A stretch of 64,000 nucleotides of DNA, taken from assembly GCA_963674785.1 (NCBI GenBank), contig OY771555.1, positions 1,728,001-1,792,000 on the forward strand. Direction: 5' to 3'. The position numbers were made by a program, and so were the translations under genes. Below the pieces are notes generated by a model that was given only the letters and a program-made list of their open reading frames with translations, ran no database searches and had not been told where the DNA came from. Origin of the DNA: Caldisericia bacterium (lineage in GTDB: Bacteria; Caldisericota; Caldisericia; JAAYUI01). Positions 43,624 to 54,910 of this stretch are shown piece by piece (within the stretch, counting starts at the first letter, position 1; the number at the start of each line of letters is the position of its first letter).

Positions 43624-45902
43624 AACCTGAGGTCATAAGACCTTTAATAAAAGAAGAACTTTCTCTAAATTGCAATAATAAATCAGTTGGCATCGGTTTC
43701 GATAATTTTGTCATTGCAAACATTGATAAAATTGCAAAAGAATCGATTGCTCAGAAGTACAAAAACGCTTTCAGAAAATACAAAGATTTGAAGGTCATCG
43801 AAAGAAAAACCCTTGTCAATCACCTTTTGACCTATGTAGAGAGACTTCAAAACAAACAAAAGATCGCAAAACCAGTTTTTAGATACAATCTGGATGATCC
43901 TCTGACCAAAATTACTGGTATTGGAAATCAATCGAAGGCAAAGCTTTCCCAGATCGGGATCAATACAATCTATGATGTTTTGAGGTATATCCCATCCAAA
44001 TATATCGACCTGACCAAAATAAAAAAAATCTCGGAACTTGAGTATGGTGAAACATCAACAGTAATCGCAAAACTCTCTGACATGAAAGCATCAAACAGAA
44101 GAACAAAAACCATTAGCACAATTTTTTCTGATAAATCTGGTTCTTTTAGGGTAACATTTTTTAATTCACCCTGGCTTACTGGCAAACTGAAAATTGGAGA
44201 AACATATACGATATCGGGGCTTGTTGGAGATTTTTGTGGCCCACAGATGACAAATCCTGAGGTAAGAGATGGAAGGAACGAAGGATATATCGAACCTGTT
44301 TATCCAGCATCGAAAGAACTCAAACAATGGGTTTTCAAAAGAATCTTTAAAAATATCGAAAATCATTTCCCACAAATCACCAACAGCATTCTCCCGAAAA
44401 AGCTGATAACAGAGAACAAACTAACAAATATTGAATCGGCATACAGGGGTGTTCACTACCCAAAAACAATTGTAGAAGCGGAGGTTTCAAGAAACAGACT
44501 AGCGATTGAAGAGTTAATTTTACTTGAAACTGCACTCATCAAAAAGCGTGCATTCTTCAAAGCAAAACCAGGAATAGTTATCGAAAAAGCATCTGAGAAC
44601 GCAAAGAGATTCATAAAAAAGCTTCCTTTTACACCAACATATGCCCAATCAAGATGTATTAGTGAAATTTCAACTGACATCGAATCCGGAAAACCCATGA
44701 ATAGACTTCTTCACGGAGATGTCGGTTCCGGAAAAACAATCGTCGGTTTGTCGGCAATAAATTCTGCCACTAAAGCAGGATATCAAACTGCATGGATTGC
44801 ACCAACTGAAGTTCTAGCATCACAAACCTATAAAAATGCAAATGAACTCCTTTCCTGTGAAGTTGCTTACCTTTCGGGTTCTACAAAGAAATCAGAACGT
44901 GCGAAAATAAAAGAGTTATTGGAATCTGAAAAACCTTGTCTATTAATTGGAACACATGCTGTGCTTGAGGATTGGGTACAACTCCCAAATCTCGGACTAG
45001 CAGTAATCGATGAACAACACCGGTTTGGTGTTTTGCAACGATCAAGATTATCAAAAAAGGGTAAGTTCCCTCATATTCTTGTTATGAGTGCAACACCAAT
45101 CCCAAGAACGCTTGCAATGACTCTTTATGGTGATCTTGATGTTTCAGTTGTTGATGAAATGCCTGCGAACAGAAAGCCTATCAAAACTAAGGTTTTCCTA
45201 GAACAAAAAAGAGTTCGGGTTTACCAAAATGCAATAAATGAAATCAAAAATGGAAGGCAGGTTTACATTGTCTGTCCACTTGTTGAGGAATCAGCAAAGA
45301 TTGAAGCAGTTTCTGCGACCGAACTATTTGAAGAACTGCAAAAAACTCATTTCAAGGACTTCAAATGTGGATTATTGCATGGTCGAATGAAAAATACCGA
45401 CAAAACAAGCATTATGGAACGATTTAAATCTGGGGAGATTGATGTCTTGATTTCAACAACCGTAATTGAAGTTGGGGTTGACGTTCCAAATGCAACTGTC
45501 ATGATCATCCAAAATGCAGAAAGATTCGGGCTTGCACAGCTTCACCAACTTAGGGGAAGAGTCGGAAGAGGTGACCATCAATCATACTGTTTCTTGATAC
45601 CTTCTAAACCATCAAGAGCTTTAACTATCCTTGAATCAACAAACGATGGTCTCAGGGTCGCAGAAGAAGACCTGAAGATAAGAGGACCAGGAGAGATTGG
45701 AGGAACGTTACAGTCTGGAGCACCACTATTTGACTCAAGACTCATAACACCATCAAACCTAAGTTTGTTACCAAAAGCAAGAGAAATTGCAGAATCTATA
45801 ATTGACAAAGACCCAAATCTCTGTGATAAAGAAAATCAAAACATGAAACAAGAGATAAAAAAGAGATTTGAAAGCAAGGTGAAACTTGTTTGGGTGAGTT
45901 AA
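43620..45902 (+). CDS. recG: ATP-dependent DNA helicase RecG
   Basis: GDVGSGKT, DEQHRFG, SATPIPRTL, LHQLRGRVGRG, DLKIRGPGE. Confidence 0.95.
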   Translation: MKPEVIRPLIKEELSLNCNNKSVGIGFDNFVIANIDKIAKESIAQKYKNAFRKYKDLKVIERKTLVNHLLTYVERLQNKQKIAKPVFRYNLDDPLTKITGIGNQSKAKLSQIGINTIYDVLRYIPSKYIDLTKIKKISELEYGETSTVIAKLSDMKASNRRTKTISTIFSDKSGSFRVTFFNSPWLTGKLKIGETYTISGLVGDFCGPQMTNPEVRDGRNEGYIEPVYPASKELKQWVFKRIFKNIENHFPQITNSILPKKLITENKLTNIESAYRGVHYPKTIVEAEVSRNRLAIEELILLETALIKKRAFFKAKPGIVIEKASENAKRFIKKLPFTPTYAQSRCISEISTDIESGKPMNRLLHGDVGSGKTIVGLSAINSATKAGYQTAWIAPTEVLASQTYKNANELLSCEVAYLSGSTKKSERAKIKELLESEKPCLLIGTHAVLEDWVQLPNLGLAVIDEQHRFGVLQRSRLSKKGKFPHILVMSATPIPRTLAMTLYGDLDVSVVDEMPANRKPIKTKVFLEQKRVRVYQNAINEIKNGRQVYIVCPLVEESAKIEAVSATELFEELQKTHFKDFKCGLLHGRMKNTDKTSIMERFKSGEIDVLISTTVIEVGVDVPNATVMIIQNAERFGLAQLHQLRGRVGRGDHQSYCFLIPSKPSRALTILESTNDGLRVAEEDLKIRGPGEIGGTLQSGAPLFDSRLITPSNLSLLPKAREIAESIIDKDPNLCDKENQNMKQEIKKRFESKVKLVWVS

Positions 45903-45903
45903 T

Positions 45904-47799
45904 ATGGGTCAGATATTTGTTGATAAGATTACAAAATTTTTTGGTGTAGACCAGCTTTTTGATGAAGCATCATTTACTGTCGGTAGCACTGATAGATTCG
46001 GGCTTGTTGGGCCAAATGGTTCTGGCAAGACCACTCTTTTGAGAATAATAATGGGTAAACTTGAATGTGAAAGTGGTTCGGTTTCTTTTGAAGGAAAGTC
46101 AGAAATTGGATATTTTGCCCAAAACAGAGCAATCGATATCTCTGAGGAATCCGTGATGGACTTCATGAGAAAAGGATTTTCAGAGATTATTGATATCTGG
46201 GACAATCTATTAAGAACAACACATGAGCTTGAAGAAAATCCTCACGTTGAAGTTCTGATAGACAAACTCAGCAAACTGCAAACAGAGTTTGATGCAAAAA
46301 ACGGATTCGAAATTGACCACCGAATAAACAGGATTCTGATGGGTTTAGGTTTCACCGAAAAAGATTGGACAAGACCAATTTCGAGCCTGTCAGGAGGAGA
46401 AAGAAGCAGAATTCAGCTTTCACAGGTGCTTGCATTCAACCCCGATACTCTGATTCTTGACGAACCTACAAACCACCTCGACCTTAAATCTGTCATGTGG
46501 CTTGAAGACTATCTCTCAGAATACAAAGGTTCTGTTTTGATTATTTCACACGATAGATTTCTTTTAGATAGAATTTGCACAAAGATAGGCTTCATTGAGA
46601 ACAAAAAGATCAAGGTTTTCAGAGGAAACTATACATTTGCAAAAGAGCAAAACGAGATAGAAAAACACCTTCAGGAAGAAGAGGCTTTAAAGCAACAGGA
46701 GTTTCTTGAAAAAGCAAAAAGATACATTGCAAAATTCAAAAGAATTGGGACACCCAAAGCAACCGCAAAAGCCAAACAGATGGAAGCAAGGGTCAAAAGA
46801 ATGGTTCTTGTTGAAGAACCAACAAAAGAAAAAGACATAAAGCTCCGAATTGAATCCACTGGAAGGACAGGCGAAGTTGTCTTTAAGACAACTGAACTTG
46901 GTATGTCTTTTGGCGAAAAGAAGCTTTTTTCAAACACAAACCTTGAACTCAAACGTGGTCAGAAGGTCGCACTTATTGGTTTGAATGGTACCGGCAAAAC
47001 AACCTTTCTAAAAATGGTGCTTGGAAAAATCAAACCTACTGAAGGTGAGATTTGGGATGGATACAGTGTACTTCCAACATACCTTGAGCAGGAACTTGCA
47101 TCCTTTGACAAAGACAATTCTGTGCTTGATGAGATAATGAAAGATACAGAACTTCACATCCCGGAAGCCAGGAACCATCTTGCAAAATTTGATTTTACAG
47201 GAGATGAGGTTTTCAAAAAATGTGGAGTCCTCAGTGGCGGTGAGATTTCCAGGCTCATCTTGTCAAAACTTGCACTCATAGAGTCAAATTTCCTTATCAT
47301 GGATGAACCTACAAACCATCTCGATATAAAAGCAAGAACAGCCATCGAAGATACTCTCAAGGACTACAATGGCACAATTCTAATTGTTTCTCATGACAGA
47401 TACTTCATCAGTCAGATTGGGGCAAGAATTTGGGATTTGAGTGATGGACAAATAACAGACACAAAGCTCATACTTGAAGAATACCTCTCTTATAAAAGCA
47501 AACCCGTTAAGCAAGAAACTGATTACACCCCCAAAAAAGTCGAACCAGAAAAAGTAGAAAAACCAAAGACGTCAAAACTATCGAAGAACAAGATCAGAGA
47601 GATTGAAGAGAAAATTGGGAACATTGAAGAGAAGCTTTCAAGTATCGCAGAAGAGAAAAAAGAACTTGAAAGACACATGGCTGGAGAAACAGACTACCAG
47701 ATGGGACAGGATGATTTCAAACGCTATACCGAGTTAAATGAGAACGAATCGGAGCTACTCCATAAATGGGAGGAGCTTTCAGAGCTTTTAAATAAGTAG
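45904..47799 (+). CDS. ABC-F family ATPase
   Basis: Two ABC domains (GPNGSGKT, LSGGE, LDEPTNHLD), no TM segments, coiled-coil tail. Confidence 0.92.
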   Translation: MGQIFVDKITKFFGVDQLFDEASFTVGSTDRFGLVGPNGSGKTTLLRIIMGKLECESGSVSFEGKSEIGYFAQNRAIDISEESVMDFMRKGFSEIIDIWDNLLRTTHELEENPHVEVLIDKLSKLQTEFDAKNGFEIDHRINRILMGLGFTEKDWTRPISSLSGGERSRIQLSQVLAFNPDTLILDEPTNHLDLKSVMWLEDYLSEYKGSVLIISHDRFLLDRICTKIGFIENKKIKVFRGNYTFAKEQNEIEKHLQEEEALKQQEFLEKAKRYIAKFKRIGTPKATAKAKQMEARVKRMVLVEEPTKEKDIKLRIESTGRTGEVVFKTTELGMSFGEKKLFSNTNLELKRGQKVALIGLNGTGKTTFLKMVLGKIKPTEGEIWDGYSVLPTYLEQELASFDKDNSVLDEIMKDTELHIPEARNHLAKFDFTGDEVFKKCGVLSGGEISRLILSKLALIESNFLIMDEPTNHLDIKARTAIEDTLKDYNGTILIVSHDRYFISQIGARIWDLSDGQITDTKLILEEYLSYKSKPVKQETDYTPKKVEPEKVEKPKTSKLSKNKIREIEEKIGNIEEKLSSIAEEKKELERHMAGETDYQMGQDDFKRYTELNENESELLHKWEELSELLNK

Positions 47800-47835
47800 T
47801 CAGCATTCTTTTCAGTTTTTCAGTTCGATAACAAC

Positions 47836-48132
47836 ATGACCAAAAAAATGGTCTTTGGAAGATATCCCTGATTTATCAGGAAAGATTGTTATAGTGACTG
47901 ATGGAAACACTGGTCTTGGTCTAGCCACAATCGAAGCATTTGCCAAAAATTGAGCCGATGTAATTCTACCCGTAGAACACTTTCAAAAGCAAGTGACGCA
48001 GAGAAGGAAGTACTGAGATATCTCCGAGACTCAAAAATTGTAAAATCCAGCAAAGATTCACATAATCTCAAACATGCAAAATGGCTTTGGGAAGCATAAG
48101 AACATCTCACAGGAATCAATTATAGTTTTTAA
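47836..48132 (+). pseudogene. Decayed short-chain dehydrogenase (RDH/WWOX-like) with large internal deletion
   Basis: WSLEDIPDLSGKIVIVTDGNTGLGL...N*ADVIL, frameshift to RTLSKASDAEKE, then C-terminal HAKWLWEA*EHLTGINY. Confidence 0.75.
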
Positions 48133-48180
48133 AAAATATCCTGAGAAAATGGTTTACGAATAAGGGGGTCTTAGAAAAGA

Positions 48181-48256
48181 TGGCTCCCTGACGAGGACTT
48201 GAACCTCGAACCTACTGGTTAACAGCCAGTCGCTCTACCGATTGAGCTATCAGGGA
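48181..48256 (-). tRNA. tRNA-Asn(GTT), CCA encoded
   Basis: TCCCTGATAGCTCAATCGGTAGAGCG-ACTGG-CTGTTAA-CCAGT...GGTTCAAGTCC..GCCA; TTGACA-N16-TAAAAT promoter upstream. Confidence 0.96.
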
Positions 48257-48314
48257 ACAACGAAAAAATATTTTAGCGAATCTGTTTTAACTGTCAAGAA
48301 CAAAACAGAAAACT

Positions 48315-49025
48315 CTAAATCATTGGATCAAAACTATATCCGACCTTGTGTATTGTCCTGATCATTGAAGCAGAGAAAGGTCTCTCCTCAATCTTTTTTC
48401 TTAACTTGTTTATATGGACATCAACAGTTCTACAATCAACAAGGGTTTTTCTCTTCCAGACCTTAATGAACAAATCCTCTCTTGAAAAAACTCTTCCTGG
48501 GTTGCTCATAAGAAGCCAGAGAAGCTCGAACTCCTTAACCGTCAAATGTATTCTTTTTTCTCCACGCTCAACAGATCTTGCTTTTCTGTTGATTGTCATG
48601 TTTCCATAAGTTATCTGATCACGTGGTTTGACAGGAGCCGAAAACTGATGAGCCCTTCTTAACAAGCCTCTTATTTTTGCAACAAGAACATTTAATGAAA
48701 ATGGTTTTGTGATATAGTGATCAGCCCCGGTTGCAAGACCCAATACCTGGTCAAGCTCTGTACTTTTTGCAGTAAGCATTATCACAGGAACGTTTGATGT
48801 TTTTCTAACTCTTCGACAGATTTCATACCCATCGAGATCATCAAGCATAAGGTCAAGTATAATGAGATCTGGTTCGTATGAGGCAAATTTATCAAGTGCC
48901 TCTGAACCCTTGTTTACCCAAAGAACATCAAACCCTTCTGATTTCAACCTTAACTCGATAAGTCTTGCTATCTCTTTATCGTCTTCAACAACAAGTAGCT
49001 TTTTACTTTGTTTTATCTCTACCAT
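48315..49025 (-). CDS. OmpR-family response regulator (no adjacent kinase)
   Basis: VVEDD, LDLML, MLTAK, KPF, RTVDVHINKLRKK; start moved to ATG 49025. Confidence 0.92.
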   Translation of the reverse strand: MVEIKQSKKLLVVEDDKEIARLIELRLKSEGFDVLWVNKGSEALDKFASYEPDLIILDLMLDDLDGYEICRRVRKTSNVPVIMLTAKSTELDQVLGLATGADHYITKPFSLNVLVAKIRGLLRRAHQFSAPVKPRDQITYGNMTINRKARSVERGEKRIHLTVKEFELLWLLMSNPGRVFSREDLFIKVWKRKTLVDCRTVDVHINKLRKKIEERPFSASMIRTIHKVGYSFDPMI

Positions 49026-49152
49026 TTCGATAAACAATTTACAATGTAGACAGGAGTGTGTCAACCCCTTATAATGATTATAGTTAGCTTGACTTGACAA
49101 GCTTGGATATGTTGCAATTATTATTGCTACATCGACTTAAAGGAGGTGTATA

Positions 49153-49683
49153 TTGAGAATTCAAATCACAGGTAGAGGTATTGAAGTTCCGGATGATGTT
49201 GCAAGCTATGCTGAGGACAAATTTGGAAAACTGGATAAATATTTTAATGGAATCCAGTCTGCACAGGTAATTTTTTCTAGCCAGAAAAATAATAGGTCAT
49301 GTGAAGTTACAATTCACGCATCGGGAAAAATAATCAGAGCTGAGAATAAGGGGTCAGAGTTTAAGGAGTCAATTGATATTGTCGCCGAGAAACTTGAAAG
49401 ACAGATAAGAAGATATAAAGAGAAATTCCAGACAAGGAAAAAAACTGCATCAGAAATTGAACCTGATGTCACTGTCAGCGAAGAAGTTGAATATGAAGAA
49501 CCAAGGATCGTTAGAGTTAAAGAGGTACCCGTAAAACAGATGATGTACGATGAGGCAATTGTCCAGATGGAGCTTCTCTCTCACGACTTTTTCGTTTTTT
49601 ACAACGTAGAATCTGGAAAAGTAAACGTTCTTTACAAAAGAAAAGATGGAGATTACGGAATACTGGAGCCTGTTAGAGCATGA
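49153..49683 (+). CDS. hpf: Ribosome hibernation factor, long HPF
   Basis: ITGRGIEV, KLERQIRRYKEK, EAIVQMELL.HDFFVF, YKRKDGDYG. Confidence 0.93.
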   Translation: MRIQITGRGIEVPDDVASYAEDKFGKLDKYFNGIQSAQVIFSSQKNNRSCEVTIHASGKIIRAENKGSEFKESIDIVAEKLERQIRRYKEKFQTRKKTASEIEPDVTVSEEVEYEEPRIVRVKEVPVKQMMYDEAIVQMELLSHDFFVFYNVESGKVNVLYKRKDGDYGILEPVRA

Positions 49684-50162
49684 AAAAGTTCAACATCTGG
49701 GATTTGGTGATTGTGCTTTCAGTTTGTTTGATTGCATTGTTTTTCTACACAAACCTAAATACCAGAGCAGAAAACACTGATACAAATGTAATCAAGATTA
49801 CCGGTAAAGCCGGTAATCTTGAAAAGGAAGTTGCAAATTCAATCGCGACCGGCGATATCATAATGGACAAAAATGGAACACAATATTTTGAGATTCAATA
49901 CACACACCAGAGACCTTCAAGTCAAGCTGTTCCAAATTGGGAAAACGAAGTCATAGCAGTCGACAGTCCAGAACTTGATACTGTCGAATTTACTGCAGTT
50001 TCTATTAATCCTAGACTCAGAGCTGATAACCTCTTTTACAATTGGCAACAGATCAACCCCGGAATGAAGGTTTACATAGAAACTAATAAGACGGGGTTTT
50101 TTGCAATAATAACAAAAATAGAAAGTATACCTAAAGAAAAAGTTTTAAAAGTGGAGGAATGA
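49680..50162 (+). CDS. Membrane-anchored protein, DUF4330-like
   Basis: [11 protein letters not shown]-terminal anchor followed by a beta-rich domain. Confidence 0.55.
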   Translation: MKKFNIWDLVIVLSVCLIALFFYTNLNTRAENTDTNVIKITGKAGNLEKEVANSIATGDIIMDKNGTQYFEIQYTHQRPSSQAVPNWENEVIAVDSPELDTVEFTAVSINPRLRADNLFYNWQQINPGMKVYIETNKTGFFAIITKIESIPKEKVLKVEE

Positions 50163-50169
50163 TTTACTC

Positions 50170-52737
50170 ATGAGTTTATTCAAGTCGATCTTTGATTCGT
50201 CAGAGAAATTTTTGAAGAAGGCTAGACCTATTGTTGTAAAGATTAATGCTATGGAACCGGAATTTGAGGCAATGAATGACGATGACCTCAAGTCCAAAGC
50301 AAATGACCTAAGATTGCAGATTTCAAATGGAGAAAAGCTAGACAATATCCTAGTTCCATCATTTGCTCTTGTCAGGGAAGCAGCACGAAGAACCCTGAAT
50401 CAAAGACCATTTGACACACAGTTGATTGGTGGGATGGCACTCCATCATAGAAAAATTGCCGAAATGAAAACCGGTGAGGGTAAAACACTTGCTGCAACAT
50501 TACCGACGTTCCTAAACGCATTAACTGGAAAAGGTGTCCATGTTGTGACTGTCAATGATTACCTTGCAAGTCGTGATGCCGAGTGGATGGGTAAAGTTTA
50601 TTCGTTCCTTGGGATGACGGTTGGCAATATTGAAAGTGATGCCTCTTATGATACGAGAAGAGAGGCTTACAGATGCGATATCACATATGGTACAAACAAC
50701 GAGTTTGGATTTGATTATCTCAGAGACAACATGGCAAGAGACCCAAGCCAGCTTGTTCAAAGAGAACTTCACTATGCAATCGTCGACGAAGTTGACAGTA
50801 TTCTCGTTGATGAAGCAAGAACTCCACTCATTATTTCAGGGCCTGCTGAAAAATCTACTGATCTCTACTACACTGCAGCAAAAGTTGTCAAACAGCTGAA
50901 AGAAGAAGACTACACACTCGATGAAAAAAACAGAAATGTAACTCTCACTCAAGATGGTGTCCATCATGTAGAAAAAATATTGAATGTCACGAACCTCTAT
51001 GGTCAAGAGAATGTCGAGATAAACCGGCATGTAACTCAATCACTCAAAGCACACAGGTTATTTAAAGGTGATGTTGACTACATTGTCAAAGATGGTGAAA
51101 TTGTAATTGTTGATGAATTCACCGGAAGGTTGATGTTCGGAAGAAGATACAGTGACGGACTCCACCAGGCAATTGAAGCAAAAGAAAACCTTGAGGTCAG
51201 ACAGGAAAACCAGACACTCGCAACGATCACATTCCAGAACTATTTCAGAATGTATGAAAAACTCTCCGGAATGACAGGTACAGCAAAAACCGAAGAGAAT
51301 GAATTCAGGGAGATTTATGGGCTTGAAGTTGTTGTTGTCCCAACAAATAGACCAATTGCAAGAATCGATCACCCCGATGTTATATGGAAAAATGAGGCTT
51401 CAAAGTTTAAAAACATCATCAATGAAGTCGAAGGTTGCTACAAAAAGGGTCAACCAGTTCTTGTTGGTACAAGATCAATTGAAAAATCTGAGGAGCTTTC
51501 AAAAGCACTTAGAAAAAAAAGTATCCCCCATGAAGTTCTGAATGCAAAATACCATGAAAAAGAAGCACAGATCATCGCTAAAGCTGGTGAAGTAAATGCT
51601 GTTACCATCGCTACAAATATGGCGGGTAGAGGTGTTGATATTGCGCTTGCAGAAGGCGTTAAAGAGCGCGGGGGACTGCACATCATAGGAACCGAAAGAC
51701 ACGATTCCCGTAGAATCGATAATCAGCTTCGAGGACGTTCTGGAAGACAGGGAGACCCCGGTGGATCTAGGTTCCATCTCGCTCTTGATGATGAGCTTTT
51801 AAGGATTTTCGGTGGCGAGAGACTGCAAAGCCTCTTTGAATTCCTGAAAATCGACGAGGATGTTCCACTAGAACACCCAATGCTCACAAGAACAATTGAA
51901 AATTCTCAAAAAAAGGTAGAGGCAAGAAACTTTGATACCAGAAAATATGTTCTTGAATACGACGATGTTTTAAATAGACAAAGAGAAATTGTCTACGCAC
52001 AACGTCAAAGAGTACTCCATGGTGAAGACCTCCAAGATACGGTTCTTGATAAAATAAGCGTTGTTGTATCTGACATCTTAAACAGACACGCATCAACTGA
52101 ACTCATTCCTGAGGAATGGGACTTGAAAGCCCTCAAGTCAGAGGTTATGGATCTGACCGCTGGAAGGGTTGAAGATATTAGTTTCAGTGACAGAGGATCT
52201 CTAATCTACAATCTGACCCAAAGAATTCTTGAAGAGTACAAAAAGCGTGAAGAGGAATTTGGCGAAGAGACCATGCGCAACATGGAAAGATATGTTCTTC
52301 TCTATGTTGTTGATAACAAATGGAAAGACCACCTGTACAGCATGGATAACCTCCGCGAGGGAATTGGACTCCGTGGATATGGTCAAAAGAATCCCATCCA
52401 GGAATACCAGAATGAAGGATTTGCAATATTCAATGAAATGCTTGCGAGCATCTGGGACGATACCATCAAGTATCTCTTCAGATTCAGACTTCAACCAACT
52501 GCAAGACAAGAGCAACAACAAACACAAACAAATCAAGACAAGATCAAACAAGCTCAGAGAACAAGTGACATCCGACCCGAAAGAGAGAGGGTTTCAGGAA
52601 GAGCTGTCCCATCAAAAGGTGGCGGTCACAACACAAAACAGCCAATCAAACGCAGCTCTGAAAAAGTCGGTCGAAACGACCCTTGTCCATGTGGTTCAGG
52701 AAAAAAATACAAACAATGTTGTGGAAAGAATAGGTAA
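50170..52737 (+). CDS. secA: Preprotein translocase ATPase SecA
   Basis: [25 protein letters not shown] motif [13 protein letters not shown]. Confidence 0.98.
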   Translation: MSLFKSIFDSSEKFLKKARPIVVKINAMEPEFEAMNDDDLKSKANDLRLQISNGEKLDNILVPSFALVREAARRTLNQRPFDTQLIGGMALHHRKIAEMKTGEGKTLAATLPTFLNALTGKGVHVVTVNDYLASRDAEWMGKVYSFLGMTVGNIESDASYDTRREAYRCDITYGTNNEFGFDYLRDNMARDPSQLVQRELHYAIVDEVDSILVDEARTPLIISGPAEKSTDLYYTAAKVVKQLKEEDYTLDEKNRNVTLTQDGVHHVEKILNVTNLYGQENVEINRHVTQSLKAHRLFKGDVDYIVKDGEIVIVDEFTGRLMFGRRYSDGLHQAIEAKENLEVRQENQTLATITFQNYFRMYEKLSGMTGTAKTEENEFREIYGLEVVVVPTNRPIARIDHPDVIWKNEASKFKNIINEVEGCYKKGQPVLVGTRSIEKSEELSKALRKKSIPHEVLNAKYHEKEAQIIAKAGEVNAVTIATNMAGRGVDIALAEGVKERGGLHIIGTERHDSRRIDNQLRGRSGRQGDPGGSRFHLALDDELLRIFGGERLQSLFEFLKIDEDVPLEHPMLTRTIENSQKKVEARNFDTRKYVLEYDDVLNRQREIVYAQRQRVLHGEDLQDTVLDKISVVVSDILNRHASTELIPEEWDLKALKSEVMDLTAGRVEDISFSDRGSLIYNLTQRILEEYKKREEEFGEETMRNMERYVLLYVVDNKWKDHLYSMDNLREGIGLRGYGQKNPIQEYQNEGFAIFNEMLASIWDDTIKYLFRFRLQPTARQEQQQTQTNQDKIKQAQRTSDIRPERERVSGRAVPSKGGGHNTKQPIKRSSEKVGRNDPCPCGSGKKYKQCCGKNR

Positions 52738-53807
52738 TGAAATACGTAAGAATTATTGTCACAGCAGTGGTTTGCTTAGCTTTCTTAGTTTTTGCATTTC
52801 TTATCAGAGACGATTTTATAACCGAAAAAGTTCAAGCAGAACTCACAAACCACTCAATCCTTGAATACAGGGATGGTGCGTCAGTATACATTGCTGAAGA
52901 GGACAATAATTCTAAGATTTATTTTGGTAAGGTTGGATCATCAAGTTTATTCGGTGTAGGCGCTCTCGCATTGGATGAAAACGCAAATATATTCACATCA
53001 GGTTTGAGGGTAAAATCTGACAACAAAGACCTTGTTTTTCCAAAACTGACTGACGTTTTATCTGTAGTTGTATCACCAAATTCAAAATATATTGCGGCTA
53101 TCTCAATTGACGGGTCAATGGATATTTTTGATCTAACTACAAATGAAAAAACATTTTCAACATCAACAAATCAAAAGGTCAACATAAAGAATCCTTTTGA
53201 ATTCGGAAATATTTCTGCTCCACCTTATGTTTTTTACTGCGGAGAACGATTTGTGTTTTCCATGGTTGAGTCAGAAGAGATATACTGGGGTATTCCACAG
53301 AAAACCCGAAGTGAAATCATAAGAGTAAACCCAAAAGATGGTAGTATTAGTAATCTTTTGGGTGAGGAATATGATGAGTTTGTTTTTGAGATAATGGGCA
53401 AAATTGATAATGACCATCTCCTTGTACATCTGAAACCATCAGACCTAAATTCGCTAATCAATCCCGATATAGCTTCAATAGATGTTAATAATGGCAATCT
53501 CAAAAAACTTAACAGTCAACTTGAAAATATCATCGGCTACAGTAAAAGAACCAACTCAGTTTATTATACTGATGATCAAGAGATTTTTTCAAAAAGGATT
53601 TTTTCTGACAAAATCTCGGAGGATAAAAAAAGAGTTAACATAAAATCCAAAACCACCGATGAAAATAGTTTTATTATTCTAAATTCTAGAATCACATCCA
53701 GCGGGTACATATTTCACCAAACTCCAAGCCAAGTTGAACAAAACATTCTGCTTGACCCTAAAACCGAAATCCCCGTCTTTTTGGATAAACAAAGGATACC
53801 GTACTAA
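52737..53807 (+). CDS. Membrane-anchored extracytoplasmic protein, possibly beta-propeller
   Basis: N-terminal TM; VSPNSKYIA WD/TolB-like fragment; start overlaps the secA stop. Confidence 0.55.
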   Translation: MKYVRIIVTAVVCLAFLVFAFLIRDDFITEKVQAELTNHSILEYRDGASVYIAEEDNNSKIYFGKVGSSSLFGVGALALDENANIFTSGLRVKSDNKDLVFPKLTDVLSVVVSPNSKYIAAISIDGSMDIFDLTTNEKTFSTSTNQKVNIKNPFEFGNISAPPYVFYCGERFVFSMVESEEIYWGIPQKTRSEIIRVNPKDGSISNLLGEEYDEFVFEIMGKIDNDHLLVHLKPSDLNSLINPDIASIDVNNGNLKKLNSQLENIIGYSKRTNSVYYTDDQEIFSKRIFSDKISEDKKRVNIKSKTTDENSFIILNSRITSSGYIFHQTPSQVEQNILLDPKTEIPVFLDKQRIPY

Positions 53808-53808
53808 A

Positions 53809-54910
53809 ATGCTTGATGACGAACTAATTAGACAACACACGAAGGTTTGGACCAGATATGGTCAGGCCAAGGAGTTTCTTTGACCATCTGATTCCAAAAA
53901 GGGATGAGCTTCAAGAAGAGCTTGAAAAACCAGAGCTTTGGTCTGATCCTGAAAAGGCTTCAAAACTCAACAAAGAACTGACATTTATCAAAGGGCGTTT
54001 GGGTGAAGTTGAAGATGTCAAAAAGATACTTGATGAGTCTGATGTTTTACTTGAATTCTCAAGAGAAGAGGATTCTTCAATTGCTGATCTCAGAGACTCC
54101 ATAAATAAAGCAAATGATCTTTTAGAGTCAATTGAGCTAAAGAATCTTATGTCTGGTCGATTTGACCAGGGCAATGCTTTCTTATCGTTTTCAGCAGGAG
54201 CTGGAGGAGTTGACGCTCAGGACTGGACAGAGATGCTCATCAGAATGTACACAAGATGGGCAACCGAACACGGATACCATGTGAAGGTTACCGATAGGTC
54301 GGTTGGTGATGAAGCTGGAATAAAATCCGCTACACTCTACATTGAGGGCGAATATGCCTTTGGATTCCTTAAAAGCGAAAAGGGTGTCCACAGACTTGTA
54401 AGGATTTCGCCATTTGATTCAAACCACAGGAGACACACATCTTTTTCGTATGTTGAAGTGTTGCCAGAAATTGCACCCGCAGAACAGATTACGATTGATC
54501 CTAAAGATTTAAGAATTGATGTTTTCAACGCATCAGGACACGGCGGACAGAACGTTCAGAAAAACGCAACGGCAGTCAGAATCACACATCTTCCAACAAA
54601 AACTGTTGTTGCCTGTCAAAATGAACGCTCACAACTCATGAACAAAAACATGGCAATGAAAGTTCTGCAATCCAGGCTTCAGAAGCTTGAGGATGAAAGA
54701 CAAGCCGCAAAAGAAAAAGATCTTCGAGGCCCAAGAGTCTCCATTGAATGGGGAAACCAAATCAGGTCTTATGTTCTTCAGCCATATACAATCGTAAAAG
54801 ACAATAGAACAGGTGTTGAGATTGGGAATGTCACAAAGGTTCTCGAAGGTGATCTTGATGCTCTCATCTGGGGTTATCTAAAGTGGAAAGCAAAAGCAGA
54901 AGCTTCATAG
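53809..54910 (+). CDS. prfB: Peptide chain release factor 2 with programmed +1 frameshift
   Basis: ATG 53809; AGGAG-ttt-CTT-TGA-C slip site at 53870-53884; SPF and GGQ motifs in the +1 frame. Confidence 0.95.

Noticed and set aside
47951-47953. In-frame TGA in the SDR relic as a second Sec codon
   Set aside because: It falls at a normally Gly position, and the relic also has frameshifts and a TAA.
47800-48260. Integrated element at tRNA-Asn
   Set aside because: No integrase and no duplicated tRNA 3' end seen in the window.
53858-54910. ORF-track start MVRPRS for RF2
   Set aside because: The canonical SD-CTT-TGA-C frameshift site links ATG 53809 to this frame.
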